The notes beneath the pieces were generated by a model that worked only from the letters and a program-made list of their open reading frames with translations, did no database searches and had not been told where the DNA came from. 64,000 bases of DNA, taken from assembly GCA_963727625.1 (NCBI GenBank), contig CAVSHR010000006.1, positions 224,001 through 288,000 of the forward strand, in the 5' to 3' direction. This document shows positions 7,952 through 17,277 of this stretch, piece after piece. Origin of the DNA: an uncultured delta proteobacterium. Its GTDB lineage: Bacteria > Desulfobacterota > Binatia > UBA9968. Every line of letters begins with the position of its first letter. Position 1 is the first letter of the stretch. Position numbers and translations under genes: made by a program.

Positions 7952-10612
7952 ATGGAAACCCTCGCCGATATCATTCGCAGCATTCCGATATTTTCCGGCG
8001 TTTCGCGCGAAGATATCGCCAAAATCCTGGGCAAAATGGAAGAGGAATCGTTCGGCGCCGGAGAGACGATTTTTTCCCAAGGCGACCAGGGTGACGCATT
8101 TTATTTGATTCAATCCGGTGCGGTGCAAGTCATTCTAGAAAGCGGCGCCGGTAAATCGGATGTCGTCGCTATTCTTGGGCCGCGCGATTGGTTCGGGGAA
8201 ATGGCTTTGCTTTCGGGCGAGCCTCGCTCGGCAACAATTGACACGGTCAAGAAAACCGTTCTTTGGCGGCTCCGACGCGAGGATTGGGACGAATTGATCG
8301 AAAAGCACCCGACTTGGTTGCTGCAATTTTGCGCCACCCTGAGCAAAAGGCTTTCTTACGTTGATCGCCAATACTCGACCGGACGCGAGGCGTTCAACTC
8401 CTTGGCCGAGGAGTTTTACGCGGCGCGCTCGCCCGACGATCAAGCATTTTTTCGCCAAGCGTCCTTGCTGCGCGCCATCGACAGGAAAACTTTGGCCGAG
8501 CTGCTTTCCGTCGCGGCGCCTGCCAATCTCTTAACCGAGCTCGCCGCGAGCCAATTCCCGCTGATCCGTCGTTTGGAACAAGACCGTTACGAGCTGCATA
8601 GTTTTTTTCGCGAATTCCTCCACGAGAAATTGTTCGCCACCGACGGCGCCGAAGCAAAAGAACGGCTCCATCGTCAATTTGCCGACCGGTACGAAGCCAT
8701 TGGCGATTGGCAGGAGGCGGCTCATCATGCCCTGCAAGTTCAGGATTGGTCCAAAGCGAGCAAGCTGCTGACGGCGGCAGATGAGCAATCCCTGGCCGGC
8801 GCGGCGCTATTCGTTAAAAACACTTTGGACGATTTCCCTCAAGAGCAATTCTTGGCCGATCCCCGCCTGGTCAACCTCAAGAGCAACGCTTTGATTCAAC
8901 TGGGCGATAGGGTCGGCGCCTATCGGGCCTATCGCGAAATCCTGGCCCGCAAGACATCCGGCGCGGCGGACAACGACGGCATCGCCGGCTACCGCCGCAT
9001 GGCCGAAACCCTGGCGCAGCGCAAAGAATACGGGCAGGCGATCCATCACCTGCGCAGCGCGCTCAACCTGATCAGCCAGGAAGCGACGGCGTCGGACAGT
9101 TACCAAGAAACTCTCCCGGAAATGACGTGGCCCGGGATGGCCCTCCCGCCGCTATCGGATAGCGGCGGGAGGACGCTGCGAATCGGCCTGCGTTCATGGA
9201 GTCCTTGGCTCCGCTCTTCGTCATTGAGTAAATGGTTCGGCGCGCTTCTGGGACTAGCAGTCGGTGGTTTTCTGTGGTTCGGTCAACCGGATATCGGCTT
9301 GGATCCGTCCGCCACGAAGCTCCTGGGCTTGATTTCTGCAACGCTGACCTTTTGGGTCTTCAGGTCCCTGCCGGACTACGGCGTCGCCTTGGCGTTTGCC
9401 ATGATCATCATTCTCACGCGCTTGGAATCGCCGCAAACGGTGATGGGCGGTTTCGCCAGCACGACCTGGTTTATGACGCTGGGTGTCCTCGGACTTGGCG
9501 CGGCGATTACCGGCTGCGGCCTATTCTATCGCCTCTCGCTGCATCTCGTGCGTCTGTTTCCGTTGAGCTATTACTGGCAAATCGTTGCCACCGGCATCAT
9601 GGGCGTCGTTGTCATGGCGCTGATTCCGCAGCAAACCGCGCGCACGGTGATCACCAGCCAGATGCTGGTCAATCTTTCCGAAAGCCTAGGCTACAAGACA
9701 CCGTCCAGAGCATCCACCGGCCTATTCGTGGCAAGTTTTCTCGGTCTCGGCCAACTAGGATTTTTGTTTTTGACCGGCTCGACGACGAGCTTGATCGCCT
9801 GGGGTCTTTTGCCCGCCGACGTGCGCGCGCAATTTACTTGGGGCTTTTGGTTCCTCGCCGCTTTGCCCCCTACCCTCGTGGTAATCGTTATCATTCTGCT
9901 TTGCACGATCTTGCTCTACCGCCCGGAGTCGCGACCGAAGATTTCCTACACGATGGTGCAAACCCAGCTCAGTATTCTCGGACCCCTGTCTCATAAAGAA
10001 TGGATCAGCTTCGCCGTGCTGATTTTCACGGTGACAGGCTGGCTCACGGCGCCCTATCACGGCGTCGACGGCGCGTGGATTGCGATCATCGCCTTTGCCA
10101 TTCTAGTCAACACCGGTACTCTCGATTGGAACATGATGCGCAAGGGCATCGACTGGGAATTGTTGATTTACATGGGCGTGACTTTAAGCATACCGACGCT
10201 CTTAAGGCAGGCGAAGATCGACCAGTGGCTGGTCGAGGTGATTTCGCCTTTGATTCTGCCGTTCATCAACAGCCCGGCCTGGTTTTTCGTGGTGATCGCG
10301 CTTTTGACTTACGCGCTCAAGCTGATCTTTACGAGTTTTCTCACCGTGGTCACTCTATGCGTCGCATTGTTGCCGTTATCCATCGACGTCGGTATGAGCC
10401 CGTGGATCATCACCATGATTATCTTGATCGCTTCCGAGGTGTGGTTTTTCCCCTATCAGATCGACTGGCATATGCTCGCCTACTCCACCACCGACGGCAA
10501 AGGTTTCTCTTATCCACTTATGTGCCGTATCAATATTTTTTACGCCATCGCGTACTTGACCGCGTTGATCGTCGCGATTCCCTACTGGCGCTACTTGGGT
10601 TTGATCAATTAG
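7952..10612 (+). CDS. Fusion: cNMP-binding domain + winged-helix/TPR-like region + SLC13/DASS-family anion transporter
   Basis: N-terminal cNMP domain (IFSQGDQGDAFYLIQSG, FGEMALLSGEPRSAT); helical middle region (YELHSFFREFL, TPR-like AIHHLRSAL); C-terminal ~450 aa multi-TM with DASS-like segments (GFASTTW, FLTGSTTS, LGPLSHKE, IPYWRYLGL). Confidence 0.82.
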   Translation: METLADIIRSIPIFSGVSREDIAKILGKMEEESFGAGETIFSQGDQGDAFYLIQSGAVQVILESGAGKSDVVAILGPRDWFGEMALLSGEPRSATIDTVKKTVLWRLRREDWDELIEKHPTWLLQFCATLSKRLSYVDRQYSTGREAFNSLAEEFYAARSPDDQAFFRQASLLRAIDRKTLAELLSVAAPANLLTELAASQFPLIRRLEQDRYELHSFFREFLHEKLFATDGAEAKERLHRQFADRYEAIGDWQEAAHHALQVQDWSKASKLLTAADEQSLAGAALFVKNTLDDFPQEQFLADPRLVNLKSNALIQLGDRVGAYRAYREILARKTSGAADNDGIAGYRRMAETLAQRKEYGQAIHHLRSALNLISQEATASDSYQETLPEMTWPGMALPPLSDSGGRTLRIGLRSWSPWLRSSSLSKWFGALLGLAVGGFLWFGQPDIGLDPSATKLLGLISATLTFWVFRSLPDYGVALAFAMIIILTRLESPQTVMGGFASTTWFMTLGVLGLGAAITGCGLFYRLSLHLVRLFPLSYYWQIVATGIMGVVVMALIPQQTARTVITSQMLVNLSESLGYKTPSRASTGLFVASFLGLGQLGFLFLTGSTTSLIAWGLLPADVRAQFTWGFWFLAALPPTLVVIVIILLCTILLYRPESRPKISYTMVQTQLSILGPLSHKEWISFAVLIFTVTGWLTAPYHGVDGAWIAIIAFAILVNTGTLDWNMMRKGIDWELLIYMGVTLSIPTLLRQAKIDQWLVEVISPLILPFINSPAWFFVVIALLTYALKLIFTSFLTVVTLCVALLPLSIDVGMSPWIITMIILIASEVWFFPYQIDWHMLAYSTTDGKGFSYPLMCRINIFYAIAYLTALIVAIPYWRYLGLIN

Positions 10613-10619
10613 CTCGGCC

Positions 10620-11963
10620 ATGAGCCAAACTATTCTCATCGTCGACGACGAACCGCTCAATCTCGATCTCTTGGAACAGGAGCTGTCCGATCTCGGTTAT
10701 CCAGTCGATAAGGCAGACGGCGGCCGCGCGGCTTTGGCGCAACTGGCCGCGAAACCCGCCGATCTCGTTCTACTCGACTACCAGATGCCCGGCTTGAACG
10801 GCATCGAGGTATTAGGCGAGATTAAGAAAAGAGAGCCTGGCCTGCCGGTCATCATCATCACGGCCTACGGCACCATCGAACGCGCCGTCGAAGCGATTAA
10901 AGCCGGCGCGGACGATTTCATCACCAAGCCCTTTGACCCAGAGCATCTTGCGGTCGTCGTCAACAAAGCCCTGGAAAAAGCCCGGCTTCGCTCCGAAGTG
11001 GAATTGCTCACGCGCGAGCTCGCCGGCCGTTATTATCTGGTTGCGGGAAATAGCATCGCGATGGCGGCGGCGCTGGCCGACGCGAAGAAAGCGGCGCGCA
11101 GCACGACTACTGTGTTACTGCTTGGCGAGAGCGGCACCGGCAAAGAGATTTTCGCCCGCTCGATTCACGAATGGAGCGATCGAGCGGCCCGGCCTTTCGT
11201 CGCGATCAACTGCGCCGGACTTTCCAAGGAGTTACTCGAAAGCGAGCTGTTCGGCCACGAACGCGGCGCCTTCACCGGCGCGCACCAGGCGAAGAAAGGC
11301 AAGATGGAAACGGCCGACGGCGGCACGGTCTTTCTCGATGAGGTTGGCGATATCGCGCCCGAGCTGCAAACCAAGCTGCTGCGCTTTCTCCAAGAGCGCG
11401 AATTCGAGCGGGTTGGCGGCATCCAGCCCATCCGCGTCGATATCAAAATCATCGCCGCGACCAACAAGAATCTCGAGGAAACGGTGCAACGCGGTTCGTT
11501 CCGCGAAGACTTGTACCACCGGCTGAACGTCATCGCGATCGCACTGCCGCCGTTGCGCGATCGAAAAGATGACATCCCCGCCTTGGCGGACTATTTTTTG
11601 CGCCGCTTTGCATCGGAGACGAAAAAACCCTTCACCGGCTTGAGTGAAGACGCCTTGGCTCGGTTGTGCGCCTACGCTTGGCCCGGCAATGTGCGGGAAT
11701 TGGCCAACGTCATTGAGCGCGGCGTTGTCTTGGGCGACGGCCCTCGATTTGCCGCTGATCATTTGCCGGCGCGGATGATCGGCACCGCAGCCGCATCGCC
11801 ACCGGAGGCAAGACAATTTCACGACGCTGTGAATAGCCACCGCCGCGCGTTGATCGTCGACGCCCTCGCGCGCGCCCAGGGCAACCGCGCGGCGGCGGCA
11901 AAAACCCTCGGCCTGCACCGTACCCACCTGCTCAAGCTGATGAAGGCGCTCGGGATCACCTGA
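10620..11963 (+). CDS. Sigma54-dependent response regulator (NtrC/AtoC family)
   Basis: REC domain, GESGTGKE, ESELFGHERGAFTGA, FLDEVG, WPGNVREL, C-terminal Fis-type HTH. Confidence 0.95.
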   Translation: MSQTILIVDDEPLNLDLLEQELSDLGYPVDKADGGRAALAQLAAKPADLVLLDYQMPGLNGIEVLGEIKKREPGLPVIIITAYGTIERAVEAIKAGADDFITKPFDPEHLAVVVNKALEKARLRSEVELLTRELAGRYYLVAGNSIAMAAALADAKKAARSTTTVLLLGESGTGKEIFARSIHEWSDRAARPFVAINCAGLSKELLESELFGHERGAFTGAHQAKKGKMETADGGTVFLDEVGDIAPELQTKLLRFLQEREFERVGGIQPIRVDIKIIAATNKNLEETVQRGSFREDLYHRLNVIAIALPPLRDRKDDIPALADYFLRRFASETKKPFTGLSEDALARLCAYAWPGNVRELANVIERGVVLGDGPRFAADHLPARMIGTAAASPPEARQFHDAVNSHRRALIVDALARAQGNRAAAAKTLGLHRTHLLKLMKALGIT

Positions 11964-12488
11964 TCGCTAAAGCGGATTGGCCAACTGTTCTAGCGCGCTG
12001 CGACCCCACGGCTCTGCCGATTCCCTCCGTCAATCACCCAAGTTATAGCCTTTGGTTGGCGCTTTCGCCGTTAAAATGTTTCACCCTTAAGTCCGATGAA
12101 TCGAGTTCAGCCGCTCAATGACCTATCGGCGATAGTCGGCCGATTGGGTGGGAAAGGAAATTACTTTTGGTCTCGGCGCTCCCCCGCCAGAAAAATCAGC
12201 CGCGCCCGCTAGGTCTAAACCCGGCACCGCAGCGAATTTCGATCTGGCATGGCAAGGATTGAGCCGCGATCGGCGCAGCCTGCGCGATGGCGCGCCGATC
12301 AAAAAACCCCTCGTTAACGCCTATCGAAGCGTGATTTTCTCCCCGCACAGCGGATCTCCCCGAATAAAACAATCTATTGATACCGCGTCGCCTCAATTTG
12401 CCGTTGTTACTTCTCATAACGCCCCTAATCGGTCTCGCCAGCGGTAGACGATTTTCGAAAGAAAAATTTCTAAAATGATATTTTTTTC

Positions 12489-12517
12489 TTGACATACAAC
12501 TCCTTGTGCCTTAATGT
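12489..12517 (+). promoter_or_regulatory. Sigma70-type promoter with AT-rich UP-like region
   Basis: TTGACA (12489-12494), 17-nt spacer, TAATGT (12512-12517); A/T tracts at about 12451-12488. Confidence 0.7.
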
Positions 12518-12633
12518 TCGTATCACCTACAAAATATGGGAGGGTTTTTAGTAACTGTCCGTCTTCGCCTGAGTTATGTTTTTACACCTGTCAACTGAAA
12601 AGCCCACCCTTGGAATCCTAAAAGGAGGTGCTT

Positions 12634-12684
12634 ATGGCTGCTAAGAAAAAAGCCAAGAAGAAAGCCAAAAAGAAAAAGAAGTAA
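12634..12684 (+). CDS. 16-aa Lys/Ala-rich micropeptide MAAKKKAKKKAKKKKK
   Basis: Near-perfect Shine-Dalgarno AAAGGAGGTG at 12621-12630, ATG 12634, TAA 12682-12684; own promoter and terminator; mixed AAA/AAG codons. Confidence 0.7.
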   Translation: MAAKKKAKKKAKKKKK

Positions 12685-12767
12685 GCATGGAGTTGTGAGG
12701 TTGTGGTAGTGGTGGTTTGAACCCTCCTTACTCTCAGGCGACAAGGTAACCGTTCTGGTTGCCTAAT

Positions 12768-12811
12768 ACACAGAGCCCTCCGACATTACACTCGGGGGGC
12801 CTTGTGTTTTT
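12768..12811 (+). terminator. Intrinsic terminator
   Basis: ACACAGAGCCCTCCGA-loop-TCGGGGGGCCTTGTGT followed by a T run. Confidence 0.7.
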
Positions 12812-12969
12812 AGCCTCGCGTCATTCGAGTTAATCTCAAAATCGCATCTGCAGCATTACGGTGTTCGATAGGCTGGCGTAACTTTCATTAGGAACTTTTT
12901 AAAGTCCTAACACGTTAGCCAAATTGGGAGGGTTGCGTAGCCCTATCCGGTTGGCTACTGTTAAGTCTC

Positions 12970-13533
12970 ATGACGATCCGATTCCTTTACCGCCTCCGGT
13001 ATGTGATTGTGCTTACTGCGAGTCTGTTGACGCTTGATGTTGCGCCGCTGGGGAGTCAGTCGAGAGTCGATTACAAAGCGGTACCGATTCTGCAGCCGAT
13101 GAAGGACCGGTCCCCCACGCCGGATTTTAGTTTGACCACGCCTGAGGAAAAAAAAATTTCACTCAAGGATTTCCGCGGTAAAGTTGTTTTGCTGAATTTC
13201 TGGGCGAGCTGGTGCGTGCCCTGTCGCGAAGAAATGCCGGCAATGGAAAAACTCTATCAGGAGTATAAAGGAAGCAATTTTGTCGTCTTGGCCGTGGCCG
13301 TAAAGGACCGTAAACAAGACGCCGTCGATTTCGTCAAGGAGCTTAAAATTACTTATCCCATTGCGCTCGATCCCGACGCCCAAGTGGGCAATCTGTACGG
13401 CGCTTGGGGATTACCCGCGACCTATTTGATCGGCGCAAAAGGCGAAGGCTTGGCGCGCGGCTGGGGACCGGCGGAGTGGTACAGCCAGGCGGCGCGCAAA
13501 TTGATTAAAGATCTGGTCGACGGCAAACGATGA
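12970..13533 (+). CDS. TlpA/ResA-family thiol-disulfide oxidoreductase
   Basis: [17 protein letters not shown]; signal/anchor N-terminus; overlaps ccdA start. Confidence 0.9.
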   Translation: MTIRFLYRLRYVIVLTASLLTLDVAPLGSQSRVDYKAVPILQPMKDRSPTPDFSLTTPEEKKISLKDFRGKVVLLNFWASWCVPCREEMPAMEKLYQEYKGSNFVVLAVAVKDRKQDAVDFVKELKITYPIALDPDAQVGNLYGAWGLPATYLIGAKGEGLARGWGPAEWYSQAARKLIKDLVDGKR

Positions 13534-14267
13534 CGGACATCAACGTTTTTGTCGCCTTTGCCGCGGGCGTTTTTTCGTTTCTCTCGCCCTGTGTTTTGCC
13601 GCTAATTCCCTCCTATCTTTCTTTCGTCTCGGGCGTGTCGCTGGATGAAATGCGCAACGATCAAGCCCGCTCTCGGGTGCGCTGGCGGGTGGTTTTAAAC
13701 TCCATCGCGTTCATCATTGGCTTTTCTCTGGTGTTCGTGTCTCTCGGCGCTTCGGCAAGTTTTCTCGGCGGGCTTTTTTTGGGCTACCGCAACGTCATTC
13801 GCATTTTCGGCGGCGTGTTCATACTGCTCGTCGGCCTCTACCTCGTCGGACTTTTCAAGATCGCGGCGCTCGATCGCTATTTGCAATTTAATTTGAAGGA
13901 TAAGCCGGCCGGCTATTTCGGTTCGATCCTGGTCGGCATAACCTTCGCCGTGGCCTGGACTCCCTGCGTCGGGCCGATCCTCGGAGCCACGCTGGCGCTC
14001 GCCAGTACGGCGGGTGAAGTGGGCCGCGGTACGCTGCTGTTGTCCAGCTACGCGGCAGGGTTGGCGCTGCCGTTTTTCTTGAGCGCCTTGGCAATTAATT
14101 CCTTCTTCCAATTTTCGCAGAAACTGCGCCGCTACGTTCAAGCCATCCACGTCGTCGGTGGTCTGCTCTTGATCATCGTCGGCATTCTTTTGATTACCGA
14201 CTACATGACGCTGCTCAATGCTTACGCCTTGCGCTTTACGCCGCAATGGTTGCTGCAACGGCTTTAA
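13530..14267 (+). CDS. ccdA: Cytochrome c biogenesis protein CcdA (DsbD-type membrane domain)
   Basis: SFLSPCVLPLIPSY and WTPCVGPILG motifs; multiple TM segments. Confidence 0.92.
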   Translation: MTDINVFVAFAAGVFSFLSPCVLPLIPSYLSFVSGVSLDEMRNDQARSRVRWRVVLNSIAFIIGFSLVFVSLGASASFLGGLFLGYRNVIRIFGGVFILLVGLYLVGLFKIAALDRYLQFNLKDKPAGYFGSILVGITFAVAWTPCVGPILGATLALASTAGEVGRGTLLLSSYAAGLALPFFLSALAINSFFQFSQKLRRYVQAIHVVGGLLLIIVGILLITDYMTLLNAYALRFTPQWLLQRL

Positions 14268-14392
14268 GCACGCCGGTATTTTTCCACTGGTTTGACCCGT
14301 TACAGGCTAAATGTTAATTTTTTGAGACCTTTCTGAAAGACTCGTTGACGTTCCCGAGCAAGCCCAAACGTCAACATCCCGACGGAGCAACG

Positions 14393-14941
14393 ATGGAAGA
14401 GCATATCCGCGAAATTCTCAAAGCCATGGGTGAAGACCCCGATCGCGAAGGCCTGTTAAGAACTCCCCAGCGAGTCGCCCAAGCGCTGTCTTTCTTGACT
14501 CGCGGCTATGACATGGACCCGGCCAAGGTGATCAACGATGCACTTTTCAGCGAAGACTACGAAGAGATGATCGTGCAGAAAGACATCGACTTTTACTCTC
14601 TGTGCGAGCATCACCTGCTGCCGTTTTTCGGCAAGGCTCACGTGGCCTATATCCCGCATCATAAAATTGTCGGCATCTCCAAGCTGGCTCGGCTGGTCGA
14701 CATCTATGCGCGGCGTTTGCAGGTGCAGGAACGGATGACCAATCAGATCGCGACGATCATTATGGAGAAACTCGACGCCCTCGGTGTCGCCGTGGTGATC
14801 GAGGCGGAGCATTTGTGCATGCGCATGCGCGGCGTCGAGAAGCAAAACTCCTACGTTATCACCAGCAGCTTGCTCGGCGCTTTTCGCACGCGCCAGGAGA
14901 CGCGCAATGAATTTATGACGCTGATCCGGCAAAGGATTTAA
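14393..14941 (+). CDS. folE: GTP cyclohydrolase I
   Basis: [45 protein letters not shown]. Confidence 0.97.
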   Translation: MEEHIREILKAMGEDPDREGLLRTPQRVAQALSFLTRGYDMDPAKVINDALFSEDYEEMIVQKDIDFYSLCEHHLLPFFGKAHVAYIPHHKIVGISKLARLVDIYARRLQVQERMTNQIATIIMEKLDALGVAVVIEAEHLCMRMRGVEKQNSYVITSSLLGAFRTRQETRNEFMTLIRQRI

Positions 14942-14952
14942 GCGAGGACTAG

Positions 14953-16431
14953 ATGGAAGTACGATTTCGCGATACCAACGCCGAACGAATCAGAACCGAT
15001 CTTCTGGCGATCCCGGTCGGTGAAAAAAACTTGGACGCGCCCGTGATTCGGCAGTTGGATCGCCGGCTCAAGGGCGATTTGCGCCGGCGCATCGTAAAAA
15101 GTAAATTTACCGGCGCCGCGGGCAGCACTTTGCTCTATCCCACTATCGCCGGCTTGCCGGCGGTCCATGTGCTTTTGATCGGCCTGGGTGCTCTGAACGA
15201 GATCGGCAGCGACATTTGGCTGAGAACCGGCGCGCGTGTGTGTAAGGAAGCCGCGAGCTTGGGCGCAGCGGAGTGCGCTATTTATTTTACGCCCGATAAG
15301 GATGCGGAGATTGCCTCGGGGGCGTTAGTCGAGGGCGCCCTGCTTTCAGCCTACCAATTTAATAAATATCGCTCCAACGCCAAGCCGGCGAACGAAATCA
15401 AATTTCTCACTTTGTTCCGGCCGGGGCTTAAGCCATCGGTGGCTTTGCAAAAGTCCGTGCAGACGGCGCAAGCGATTATCCCGGGAGTTTTTCTCGCGCG
15501 CGATCTGGTCAATGAGCCGCCCTCGGTCGCAAACGCGCGCTTCTTGGGCAACCAGGCGATGCGCTTTTGCCGCGGTCGCGGTCTCACCGTTGAAGTTTGG
15601 GGCAAAAACAAAATCGAAGCAATGAAATTGGCCGGACTTTTGGCCGTCAACCGCGGCAGCCATGAAGAGCCGCGCTTCATCAAGATTCATTACAAACCGG
15701 CCGGTAAGGCTAGAACAAAAGTAACGTTGATCGGCAAGGGCATCACTTTCGATTCCGGCGGCCTATCGCTCAAGCCGTCGAAGTCCATGGAAACCATGAA
15801 GCTCGACATGGCTGGCGGCGCCGCCGTGATCGCCGCCATGAGTTGCCTGCCCAAGCTTGGGCTCGATGTCGACGTGACCGGCTACGTCCCGACGACGGAC
15901 AATCTGCCCGGGCACAACGCTCAGAAACCCGGCGATGTGATTCGTTATTTGAACGGCAAGACCATTGAGGTGCTCAATACCGACGCCGAGGGCCGGCTGA
16001 TTTTAGCCGACGCCCTCGCCCTCGCGGCACAGCAAAAGCCGGACTGCATGATTAACCTAGCGACACTCACCGGCGCCTGCATGGTCGCCCTCGGCAATCA
16101 AGTCGCGGGGCTGTTCAGCAACCATCAACCCCTGGCGGAAAGCCTGTTGCACTGCTCGCAGGAAGCCGGCGAAAAACTTTGGCAGCTGCCGCTGGTCAAA
16201 GAATACAAGGAAATGATCAAGAGCAGCGTCGCCGACATGAAAAACATCGGCGGCGCCCACGCCGGCGCGATTACCGCGGCGTTGATCTTGCAGGAGTTCG
16301 TAGGCGAAGTTTCGTGGGCCCATCTCGACATCGCCGGGCCGGCGTTTGCCGAAAGCGACACCCCGCTTTGCCCCAAAGGCGGGACTGGATTCGGCGTGCG
16401 CACTCTGCTTAAATTTCTTTCGACACTATAA
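14953..16431 (+). CDS. pepA: Leucyl aminopeptidase (M17)
   Basis: GKGITFDSGG, MKLDMAG, NTDAEGRL, HLDIAG. Confidence 0.95.
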   Translation: MEVRFRDTNAERIRTDLLAIPVGEKNLDAPVIRQLDRRLKGDLRRRIVKSKFTGAAGSTLLYPTIAGLPAVHVLLIGLGALNEIGSDIWLRTGARVCKEAASLGAAECAIYFTPDKDAEIASGALVEGALLSAYQFNKYRSNAKPANEIKFLTLFRPGLKPSVALQKSVQTAQAIIPGVFLARDLVNEPPSVANARFLGNQAMRFCRGRGLTVEVWGKNKIEAMKLAGLLAVNRGSHEEPRFIKIHYKPAGKARTKVTLIGKGITFDSGGLSLKPSKSMETMKLDMAGGAAVIAAMSCLPKLGLDVDVTGYVPTTDNLPGHNAQKPGDVIRYLNGKTIEVLNTDAEGRLILADALALAAQQKPDCMINLATLTGACMVALGNQVAGLFSNHQPLAESLLHCSQEAGEKLWQLPLVKEYKEMIKSSVADMKNIGGAHAGAITAALILQEFVGEVSWAHLDIAGPAFAESDTPLCPKGGTGFGVRTLLKFLSTL

Positions 16432-16444
16432 GGAGGAAGCTCTA

Positions 16445-16771
16445 ATGGGCAAGATTACCGAGGTTGGAGACAACAATTTCGATGCCGAAGTATTAAAGTC
16501 GTCGGTGCCGGTGCTGGTCGATTTCTGGGCGCCCTGGTGCGGCCCGTGCAAATCCATCGCGCCGATCGTCGAAGAGATCGCCGGCGAATACGAAGGCAAG
16601 CTCAAAGTGACGAAGCTGAACGTCGACGATCACCCGGCCACCGCGTCGCGCTACGGCATCCGTGGCATTCCCAATTTGATTATTCTCAAAGGCGGCGCGG
16701 TCAAAGAGCAGATCGTCGGCGCCGTGGCGAAGGCGAAACTCGTCAGCGCCATCGAAAAAGCTTTGCAGTAA
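16445..16771 (+). CDS. trxA: Thioredoxin
   Basis: DFWAPWCGPCK; RBS AAGGAGG. Confidence 0.96.
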   Translation: MGKITEVGDNNFDAEVLKSSVPVLVDFWAPWCGPCKSIAPIVEEIAGEYEGKLKVTKLNVDDHPATASRYGIRGIPNLIILKGGAVKEQIVGAVAKAKLVSAIEKALQ

Positions 16772-17277
16772 ACCGTTCTCATCACCCGTCAAATCAAATC
16801 GGTCGCACGTATCGGCTGCGCTGGAGCTGAATCCCCGGTACCCGAAGCGGTGGCCGTTGTTTTTCCGGGTTCTTTAAGAGAGGCCCGCACGTTTATACTG
16901 TTCGATATGGGCATCAACAATAAACTTGTGACTCAGGTCAGGCTCGGTTCTGGAGCTCAAGTAATTCTGGCCCTGCTCATTCCGTTTCCCGCTTCTCCCT
17001 TTACTCATCCGCAGCATTCTACTCCAACGAATTGAGACGCGAATTTCTAGTGGCCTTCTAACGTCACCGCCGTACGGTTATGGATACCTGAGCCGGTTAC
17101 TTTGTACCTGGCCACGGAGATTTCGTCGATTTCAAATGTCCAACCCTGCATTTCAGACAATTCGAGCATCTTGATCTTAACGAGACACGGCGGGACTTAG
17201 TTAGCCTTGATTAATCCACGTCGAATCGTTGATGATTCATCGCTTGGACCAATGGGTCGAAACTCGATCAATAAAGT

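Noticed and set aside
4888-10612. Calling the cluster a Pycsar anti-phage system
   Set aside because: The cyclase is REC-fused and embedded in two-component genes, the effector is a full DASS transporter, and no defence-island genes are nearby; kept only as an analogy.
12148-12495. Two overlapping 99-aa ORFs upstream of the micropeptide
   Set aside because: No clear RBS or protein-like features; they overlap the promoter region.
12520-12811. Possible tmRNA, 6S, RNase P or SRP RNA
   Set aside because: No tRNA-like ends or recognisable conserved motifs by eye; an Rfam search is still needed for a firm exclusion.
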